Of a DNA stretch of 7,375 nucleotides, positions 1-6,918 are shown piece by piece. Source of the DNA: Octopus sinensis (lineage: Eukaryota); NCBI RefSeq assembly GCF_006345805.1, contig NW_021828892.1, positions 1 through 7,375 of the forward strand, given 5' to 3'. Within the stretch, counting starts at the first letter, position 1. Every line of letters starts with the position of its first letter. The translations under genes and the position numbers were made by a program. The notes under the pieces are model-generated. The model was not told the origin of the DNA and did no database searches. It saw only the letters and a list, made by a program, of their open reading frames with translations.

Positions 1-3
1 TCA

Positions 4-37
4 GTATGCTTATCGGATAGCAGCCGGAACGTGAGAC
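4..37. repeat. 34-bp dispersed direct repeat, copy 1 (copy 2 at 2550-2583)
   Basis: gtatgcttatcggatagcagccggaacgtgagac versus gtatgcttttcggatagctgctgaaacgtgagac: 30/34 identical by manual alignment. Both copies are followed within about 60 nt by an ataagtgg(a)ataaga-like motif. Confidence 0.75.
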
Positions 38-138
38 TAAAAATTTATATGAGGCAATAGAATATTCAGATAAGTGGATAAGACTTTTAATTTCTGTAGA
101 AAATTTCAAACTGAAGTAATATTTGGAGTCGGCGTTAT

Positions 139-556
139 AAAGGTAAACCAATTTTGTTACTTTTCTTTTAAGATTTAACATTTGTATCTAAACACACATG
201 TATATATGATTTATTTCTCCCTCTCTCTCTATATTTCTATACTATGCAACTTAATAGAATAACCATGTTCCTGACGATCATTGTCGGTGAGCATTTGGTT
301 CAAAGCAACCATAACATTGTTACATGCACGTCAGAATTATTATTTAAATATTTGTTTGTCCTGTTCATCCTGTATAAAGACTCTACATAACACACATGCA
401 TAGGCGTGGCTATGTGGTAAGAATACATGGTTCGCAAGCAGATAGATCCAGGTTCAGTTTCACTGCATGGCAATTTGGGAAAGTGTCTTCTACTATAGCC
501 TCGGGCTGACCAAAGCCTTACGAGTGGATTTGGTAGACGTATATCGAAAGAAGTTC
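139..556 (+). repeat. Locally duplicated segment, copy A (flank plus SINE head; copy B at 1432-1731)
   Basis: Shared blocks: caatttt(t)gttacttttctttt (149-169 vs 1442-1463), aagcaaccataac (303 vs 1466), 22-bp identical atttgtttgtcctgttcatcct (350-371 vs 1513-1534), and 34-bp identical acacacatgcataggcgtggctatgtggtaagaa (390-423 vs 1555-1588). About 130 nt (170-302) are absent from copy B. Confidence 0.85.
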
Positions 557-558
557 GT

Positions 559-604
<46 letters not shown>

Positions 605-860
605 ATGCATAAGTGTGTGTGAGTTTGTTTGTTTGTGTATGTGTGTGTCTGTCTTTGCGACTATGTTTGTTACCCTTTCATAACTACAGCAGGTTTTACG
701 CCCCCTCCTTTACATTGCGGTTCGGCAAAAGCGGATATAAAATAAGTACTTGGCTTACAAAGAATAATCCCTGATGTCAATTTATTGGCTTCAAGGCGTA
801 TGATATTGTGCTCCAGCATGGACGCAGCAAATGACTTCAACAAATAAAAGAATTAAAGAA
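398..860 (+). mobile_element. tRNA-derived SINE, apparently full length and diverged, with internal TA/TG microsatellite (octopus-type)
   Basis: Pol III A-box-like tggctatgtgg (407-417) and B-box-like ggttcagtttc (451-461). Body ttgggaaagtgtcttctactatagcctcggg...gagtggatttggtagacg, central (TA)n/(TG)n, and tail gcggttcggcaaaa...taagtact...gtgctccagcatgg...aaataaaagaattaaag match my recollection of abundant octopus SINEs. Family name not verified. Confidence 0.8.
559..600. repeat. (TA)n microsatellite inside the SINE
   Basis: About 20 TA units with one interruption, directly visible. Confidence 0.97.
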
Positions 861-937
861 AAAGTATACACATGATATATGTGTGTGCTTATATGTGTGT
901 AATATCTAAATGCGTATGAATTTACATATATAAGTAT

Positions 938-944
938 TTATATA

Positions 945-983
<39 letters not shown>

Positions 984-1097
984 TGTGTGTGGTGTGTGGT
1001 GTGTGTGTGTGTGTGTTGTGTGTGTGTTTGGATGTTTCGCCTCGTACACTTGTGCATGTATTCACATACATGTAGACACACGCTCACATATACATTC

Positions 1098-1129
<32 letters not shown>

Positions 1130-1240
1130 AACGTACATACATACACACACTCATATGCACACACACTCATACACGCACACATATTTGTGCGTGTTTGTGT
1201 ATGTATATATATCCTCATGCATCTTTATATACCATAAATG
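938..1240. repeat. Compound (TA)n/(TG)n/(CA)n microsatellite and low-complexity region
   Basis: (TA)n 947-979, TG-rich 979-1028, CA/TA-rich 1075-1185, TG/TA again to about 1240. Confidence 0.95.
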
Positions 1241-1335
1241 ATTACATATGACACGCGTAGCAATTCTTCGGCCTAAAATCCTAGATTGCCACCTATAAAG
1301 TGGTTTCGGGTTTAGGTAGAATGCCAGTGGTTGTG

Positions 1336-1427
1336 TTTTGTGGGGAGGTGGACTGTCGACTAATTGGACTTCAGTACCTCTGAGAAATGAAAGGCAAATA
1401 GGAGTTCGACAGGATAGAACTCAGAAC
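1336..1427 (-). mobile_element. Decayed, internally deleted SINE fragment related to the SINE at 3384-3598
   Basis: Collinear with the 3384-3598 copy: ttttgtgggga..gtcgac..cagtac..atgaaa..gaactcagaa versus ttttgggggg..gtcgg..tagtac..atgaaa..gaactcagaa. The B-box remnant is on the minus strand. Confidence 0.55.
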
Positions 1428-1431
1428 GCGA

Positions 1432-1731
1432 ATAGATAAATCAATTTTTGTTACTTTTCTTTTCCAAGCAACCATAACGTTGTTACACGCATGTAAAAAC
1501 TCTTAGTTAAACATTTGTTTGTCCTGTTCATCCTATATATAGACTTATACATAAACACACATGCATAGGCGTGGCTATGTGGTAAGAAACTTGCTCCGTA
1601 AGCACTTAGATCCAAGTTTAGCTTCGCTGCATGGCAACCTGGGAAAGTTTCTTCTACTATAGCCTCGGTCCGAGCAAAGACTGGTGAGTGGGTATTGTAG
1701 ACGGACCCTAAGGAAGTCCTAGATGTCAATT
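1432..1731 (+). repeat. Locally duplicated segment, copy B
   Basis: Collinear similarity to 139-169, 303-556 and 768-782 (see copy A). Confidence 0.85.
1563..1731 (+). mobile_element. tRNA-derived SINE, copy B (head and body, internally deleted and truncated)
   Basis: gcataggcgtggctatgtggtaagaa head and ttcttctactatagcctcgg body as at 398-556. Ends in gatgtcaatt, which matches the tail of copy A at 773-782. Confidence 0.8.
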
Positions 1732-2426
1732 AATAAATTGATGGTTCATCTTGATAGAAAGGTCGAACTTATACATCGGAAAGATCTATGAAAATTAACA
1801 TCCACATCATGTGATGTATTACAATAATGATTGTAGATGTAGGTTTTAGGACTAATGAATGTCCATTACTTGTATATTTGCGCTATCAGCCCTATCGTAA
1901 GCATTTTAGACAATGATATACCATTGTCTCACGCCCTACCGTTTTAACAACGGAAAGAACACAACACCAATTGCAATATATGTAAATCGACGGGATGATC
2001 ACGACGGAAACGCCTCTGATCATAGTCTTCTCGTCAGTGAACAACAAGCATCCTTTACAACCAACTGAAATATATTCTGGGAAACGAGGGAAATTCGTCG
2101 GGTTTGCATTTTAGTAACTCGAGAAATGAGGTCGTGTCTTTGAGCAGATATCGCCATCCCAATAATCGATAAAAACAATGGCGTTTGTTTTAGAAATGTG
2201 TCAAGTAGATAAGAATATTCTCTGGGTGTTGACAGGACATATGAAGAATACCATTTTGGTAATATAATAGAAGTCGAGGAAACAGAATATCGTGGTTAAA
2301 GGTGCTGCTCTCGATAACAAGGTTGTGATTTCAAATTCTGCAACGGGAGGTGTATTGCGCGCAAACACTTCATCTCATGTTGCACAGACACCATTTCAAT
2401 ACTTGACGTGTAGGAATGGTGAATAG

Positions 2427-2450
2427 CTGGAAAATAGATTTATTTTCCAG
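2427..2450. other. Perfect inverted repeat, 10-bp stem with 4-nt loop
   Basis: ctggaaaata-gatt-tattttccag; the two arms are exact reverse complements. Confidence 0.9.
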
Positions 2451-2549
2451 ATATTAAAGAATTTCAGCCAATCACAAACATCAAGCAAAATTACTGCCAC
2501 TCTCGTTTTAAATAAAATAGAGAATTATTTCAAACGGGTATTTCATTGT

Positions 2550-2583
2550 GTATGCTTTTCGGATAGCTGCTGAAACGTGAGAC
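2550..2583. repeat. 34-bp dispersed direct repeat, copy 2
   Basis: 30/34 identity to 4-37. Confidence 0.75.
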
Positions 2584-2714
2584 AAACAGTAGATAAGTAG
2601 ACATTTAATAATTTTTAATCGAGAATAAGTGGAATAAGAAGAAACAGGTGGAGCAGAGAGACGCCCAGGAGATCGTATTATGTGAGACGAAAGAATTTAA
2701 ATAACTACTGATAG

Positions 2715-2747
2715 ATAATAATAATAATAATAATAATAATAATATAA

Positions 2748-2781
<34 letters not shown>

Positions 2782-2869
2782 TAATAATATATAATAATAA
2801 TAATATAATAATAATAATAATAATAATAAGAATATAATAATAATAATGATAATAATAATAATAATAATA
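2715..2869. repeat. Degenerate (AAT)n microsatellite, about 155 bp
   Basis: AAT units with several phase slips and substitutions (aatataaaat, aagaatat, gat). Confidence 0.97.
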
Positions 2870-3319
2870 TGATATGACTGTCAATCGATAAAACGTATAG
2901 TGAAGACCTACCAAAAACTGAGCAATATAAAGATCTTGAAATAGAAATCAGAAATGTGGAAGCTGAAGACTAAAACAATACCTGTTGTCATAGGTGCCCT
3001 GGGTATGATAGCGAAAGGGGCTGACTGCTACCTAACTCAGATACCAGGAAACCACAAAATGGCAGAAATTCAAAAGATAGTGCTCATGGGAACTGCTCAT
3101 ATCCTACGCAAAATACTCTCTATGTAATCCCAAGGTTTAAAACAAACTTTTTTTTTATTTATTTATTATTATTTTTTTATGTATTAGACATTCACTAGTA
3201 CAACACCAAAAAAAAAAAACCCAAATATATGGCTCAGAACTTCCAACCTGTTGTCTCTTGAGGTCTCTGGGTGAGACTTGGAGCCAACTTGTACAGACAT
3301 AAAGCAAAAGTCAAACATA

Positions 3320-3320
<1 letters not shown>
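2870..3320 (+). mobile_element. 5'-truncated R4/Dong-clade non-LTR retrotransposon, family A (3' 450 bp)
   Basis: Aligns to 6360-6829 at roughly 90-95% in the coding part. 2954-3127 translates MWKLKTKTIPVVIGALGMIAKGADCYLTQIPGNHKMAEIQKIVLMGTAHILRKILSM*. Same 3' end aaagcaaaagtcaaacatag followed by (AAT)n. Confidence 0.92.
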
Positions 3321-3353
<33 letters not shown>

Positions 3354-3383
3354 CACAATCACAATAATAATAACAATAATAAC
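3321..3383. repeat. (AAT)11 pure tract followed by a decayed AAT/AAC/AATCAC tract
   Basis: Pure 3321-3353, then cacaatcacaataataataacaataataac. Confidence 0.95.
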
Positions 3384-3598
3384 AGTCGTTCCTACTATAG
3401 GCACAAGGCCTGAAATATTTTGGGGGGTGAGTTAGTCGGTTACATACCCCTAGTACAGAACTGGTATTTAATTTATAGACCTCGAAGTGATGAAATTCTA
3501 AGTTGACCTCAGGGGTATTTGAACTCAGAAACTAATGATGGATGAAATACCACCAAGCATTTTGCCCGGCGTGCTAACGATTCTGCCAGCTCTCCGCC
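3384..3598 (-). mobile_element. tRNA-derived SINE (octopus-type), antisense, embedded in (AAT)n
   Basis: Minus strand reads ggcggagagctggcagaatcgttagcacgccgggcaaaatgc...tctgagttcaaatac...ggccttgtgcctatagtagg. A-box-like tggcagaatcg (3578-3588), B-box gagttcaaatac (3515-3526), (ATT)n on both sides. Confidence 0.85.
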
Positions 3599-3600
3599 TT

Positions 3601-3635
3601 AATAATGATAAATAATAATAATAATAATAATAATG

Positions 3636-3688
<53 letters not shown>
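3601..3688. repeat. (AAT)n microsatellite, 88 bp, nearly pure
   Basis: AAT units with two gat interruptions and one phase slip near 3607-3611. Confidence 0.97.
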
Positions 3689-3691
<3 letters not shown>

Positions 3692-4359
3692 CGTGATACA
3701 CTTCCTAAAATCCGCAACTCTAACCAAAACATGAAAATAATTGGTAAAATCCGGCTTGCACTTAAGGATATAATTTCAGTTAATGATGTTGATATCACAA
3801 ACCTCAACCACCTATACTATGCATCCGCGAAAATCTCAACGATCCTATGTGGTGTAAAGATTAGAAAACGGCAACAGTCCCACAAAAAGCCTTCTTGGCA
3901 AGAGCGTCTGCAACAACAAATTAAAGTATTTAGATCTGACATTGAATATTTGAAAAACCTTAAGGCTCACAAGACTACCAAACCTACAAAAATTACTGAA
4001 AAAATACAATATGAAAACTATACTTGATATTGATGCCACCATGGAAACCATCAAACAAAAGGTATCTGCCAAAGCTGCCCGCATAGCGAGGTATGAAAAG
4101 CGTGTTAGATTTTTCAAGGACAACAACATGTTCAAAAATAACACCAAGAATTTTTACAGGAAGATAGGAAAAACAGCGTTTACTGCAGGGTCTGTACCAT
4201 CAAAAGAAGAAGTGCAGAGATTTTGGAATAAAATCTGGGCAGAAGAAAAAACACACAACGAAAAGGCCCCCTGGATTGACAGAATATCTACAGAACTGGA
4301 CCCCTTAGAAGAGCAAAAGTGGGAGGGTGTCAAGGTAGAAGATATAAGATCTGCTCTCA

Positions 4360-5300
4360 GGAGGTCAAGCAAATGGAAGTCTCCAGGAAAGGATAAAATT
4401 CCTAACTTCTGGCTGAATGCCTTCCCAGAGAGCCATGAACTGCTAACAGAACTGTACAATGATGTTTTGCAACACCCTAGTAGGATGCCTCCTTGGCTAG
4501 TTATTGGGTTAACATTCCTGCTTCCAAAAAGTGAAGAAACAAATGAACCAAAAAACTATAGACCCATAACCTGTACAAAACACTAACATCTGTCCTGACG
4601 GAATATACCTATAGTTTTTTAACAGACAGCAGCATATTCCCTAATGAACTGAAAGGATGTAAACGTGGATCCTACGGCTGTAAAGACCAACTACTCATCA
4701 ATAAGATGATCTTAGAAGATTGTCACAAACGACACAAAAACTTATCAATAGCCTGGATAGACTATAAAAAGGCTTTTGATAGCCTACCACATAGCTGGAT
4801 TAGGAAATGCCTTGAAATGTATAAGATAGCACCAACTCTGCGAAACTTCTTGACTGTAAGTATGAGATCATGGAGAACCACACTAACTCTGAACAGTGAC
4901 AGTGAATCCCTAAATGCTGGTGATGTAAAAATTTCGTGTGGCATTTTCCAGGGTGACTCACTGTCACCACTCCTCTTTTGTTTATCCTTAATACCGCTCT
5001 CAAAGCTGCTCAATGACGCGCAGTACGGGTATAAAATGTTTGATAAAATATAAATCATCTCGTTTACATGGATGATTTAAAGCTTTTTGCAAAAAATGAT
5101 CAACAACTCAAGGGCTTACTAGCGATAGTCAAACAATTCAGTGACGACATCAGAATGCAATTCGGCCTCGATAAATGTGCAAAGGCTACCTTTATCAAAG
5201 GAAAAATGACAGAAACATCTAACGTTAACCTTGACCAACAGAATGTCATAAAAGAACTAGACCCAGCGGAGAGCTACAAGTACCTAGGGGTAATTGAAGG
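4360..5300 (+). other. Reverse transcriptase domain (non-LTR type)
   Basis: Motifs WKSPGKDKI..FW, NYRPITC, KGC..GS.GCKDQLLIN, AWIDYKKAFDSLPH.W, GIFQGDSLSPLLFCL, HLVYMDDLKLF (YMDD at 5065-5076), FGLDKC and YKYLG. Boundaries are approximate. Confidence 0.95.
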
Positions 5301-6058
5301 GAACGGAATAAGGCATTCAGAGATGAAGGAAAGGATCAGGAGAGAATGCTATCGAAGAGTGAGAGCAATACTCAAGACAGAGCTGAATGCAAGAAACAGG
5401 ATCGAAGCAATCACTGCATTAGCTATACCAGTCGTGACTTACAGTTTCAATATTGTTAACTGGTCAATTACTGAAATATGTCAGCTCGACAGAAAAATAA
5501 GGAAACTGTTGACAATGCATAGAATGCACCACCCTAAGGCAGATACAGAACGACTCTATCTGCCAAGAAAAGAGGGAGGCGTGGTCTTTTGCAACTGGCA
5601 ATAACAATGAAGATTGCTACAATTGGCCTAGACACCTACCTGAAAAACTCTGAGGACTGGATGTTAAAACTTGTCTCAAAACATGATGAAAACAAGAAAG
5701 CATCATACTCAGTCACAAAACAGGCAAATGAATATCTAAGTGAATTCCGAATACAACCAATTTCGGAATTAGAGATAGACATACAAAACAACAAGCACAG
5801 AAAAAGCTAGGCGCATGAAAACCCGTGCCAAAACTGCGGCCTTAGATATTCTGAATAATAAATGGCAAGAAAAACCTCTCTATGGCAATACCCAAAGAGA
5901 GCGAATAATGCAGATATCGACAAAGCCTGACCCATCAATGGCTAATGGCCTCTGGCTTAAAATCTGAAACAGAGGGGTTTATCATAGCAGCTCAAGATCA
6001 ATGCCTACCAACAAGAAACTACCAGGCCAACATATTAAAGATCAGAAGCAGTCCAACG

Positions 6059-6151
6059 TGTCGTGTATGCAAGCAACAAAATGAAACCATTGACCATGTG
6101 GTCTCCAAGTGCAGTCTTCTAGCGCCTACAGAGTATCTCAACAGGCACGAT
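6059..6151 (+). other. CCHC zinc knuckle plus RHD motif
   Basis: CRVCKQQNETIDHVVSKC (6059-6112) followed by YLNRHD (RHD at 6143-6151), typical of RLE-clade elements. Confidence 0.93.
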
Positions 6152-6249
6152 AGAGCTGCACAAATATTCACTGGGTAATCTGTAAAAACCTGGATTTGCC
6201 CCATGAAAAAAACTGGTGGGAACACAAACCACCCCCAGTGCTTGAAAAT

Positions 6250-6520
6250 GACCACATCTCACTCCTCTGGAACTTCACCATTCAAACTGACAGGAAGATA
6301 GATGCAAATAGGCCAGACATCATATTGAAAGACTTCAAACAAAGAACATGCCTCCTCATTGATATGACTGTCCCAATCGATATAAACGTATCTGTCAGGA
6401 CCTACCAAAAACTGAGCAAATATAAAGATCTTGAAATAGAAATCAGTAAAATGTGGAAGCTGAAGACTAAAACAATACCTGTTGTCATAGGTGCCCTGGG
6501 AATGATAGCAAAAGGGGCTG
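6250..6520 (+). other. Restriction-like endonuclease (PD-(D/E)xK) domain
   Basis: LLWNF..TDRKI.ANRPDII (RPD at 6310-6318), LIDMTVP, KLSKYKDL and PVVIGALG. Confidence 0.92.
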
Positions 6521-6745
6521 ATAGTACCTAACTCAGATACCAGGAAACCCAAAAATGGCAGAAGTTCAAAAGATAGTGCTCATGGGAACTGCTCATATCC
6601 TACGCAAAATACTCTCTATGTACATCAAGGTTTAAAACAACCATATTTTCGGTTAAAAAAAAAAAAAACTTTTTTTTTTTAGACATTCATTAGTACAACA
6701 TCCCCACCCCCCAAATATATGGCACACTAGGCATAACAACAACAT

Positions 6746-6797
6746 GAACTTCCAACCTGTTGTCTCTTGAGGTCTCTGGGTGAGACTTGGAGCCAAC
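6746..6797 (+). other. 52-nt 3' UTR block identical in both family A copies (also 3237-3288), predicted stem-loop
   Basis: gaacttccaacctgttgtctcttgaggtctctgggtgagacttggagccaac is identical in both copies. Pairings tccaa/ttgga and gtctc/gagac are available. Confidence 0.75.
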
Positions 6798-6828
6798 GTG
6801 TACAAATATAAAGCAAAAGTCAAACATA

Positions 6829-6829
<1 letters not shown>

Positions 6830-6913
<84 letters not shown>
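6830..6913. repeat. Perfect (AAT)28 microsatellite
   Basis: 84 bp with no interruption, between the family A 3' end and the family B fragment. Confidence 0.98.

Positions 6914-6918
<5 letters not shown>

Larger units (their letters stand above)
3689..6635 (+). pseudogene. Frameshifted RT-RLE polyprotein ORF, about 980 aa when rejoined
   Basis: ORF-track pieces 3605-4027, 4011-4586, 4706-5053 (open from 4574), 5068-5604, 5589-5810, 5945-6178 and 6196-6531 join into one protein through frameshifts near 4000, 4573, 5047, 5580, 5790, 5886, 5927, 6167 and 6525. Confidence 0.88.
3689..6829 (+). mobile_element. R4/Dong-clade (RLE-type) non-LTR retrotransposon, family A, 5'-truncated, 3.14 kb
   Basis: Single-ORF architecture: PSWQERL..I..FRSDI N-terminal region, then RT, CCHC, RHD and PD-(D/E)xK endonuclease at the C-terminus. 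3' UTR of about 190 nt, (AAT)n at both ends, no poly(A) tail, no LTRs. This domain order is that of RLE clades (R2/R4/NeSL); TAA-repeat targeting and overall motif style point to R4/Dong. Confidence 0.92.

Noticed and set aside
100-142. Possible 43-nt exon (ttttaatttctgtag|...aag|gtaaac; KFQTEVIFGVGVIK)
   Set aside because: Splice-like signals are common in AT-rich DNA, the peptide is too short to recognise, and its 3' edge overlaps the duplicated block.
398-470. tRNA gene at the SINE heads (also 1563-1635 and 3515-3598)
   Set aside because: A/B boxes are present but I could not build a cloverleaf, and each runs on into a SINE body.
938-1251. ORFs 938-1150 (-) and 985-1251 (+)
   Set aside because: Translations of TA/TG/CA dinucleotide repeats (YI, CV and HT runs) with no coding signal.
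1451-1729. 92-aa minus-strand ORF
   Set aside because: Antisense to SINE copy B and its flank, with no recognisable motif.
1995-2023. Hammerhead ribozyme (GAAAC plus CTGATCA)
   Set aside because: The core deviates from CTGATGA and the spacing leaves no room for stems I and III.
1913-2426. Short plus-strand open frames (about 52 aa from ATG 1913; 51 aa at 2271-2426)
   Set aside because: Lengths are expected by chance, with no recognisable homology and weak splice context.
2705-2914. Poly-Tyr/Ile/Leu ORFs here and at 3574-3807 and 6653-7015
   Set aside because: Stop-free reading of (ATT)n. The apparent hydrophobic helices are microsatellite artefacts.
4360-5300. Bacterial RT system (group II intron, retron, DGR or CRISPR-associated RT) or telomerase
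   Set aside because: C-terminal CCHC, RHD and PD-(D/E)xK domains, 5' truncations, SINEs and microsatellites all indicate a eukaryotic non-LTR element.
6655-6681. Adjacent poly-A and poly-T runs resembling a terminator hairpin or a poly(A) tail
   Set aside because: Internal to the 3' UTR and not conserved in the other family A copy, so most likely homopolymer slippage.
2715-6913. CRISPR-like repeat-spacer array
   Set aside because: The repeats are trinucleotide tracts of variable length, the spacers are 0.2-3.1 kb retroelements, and there are no cas genes.
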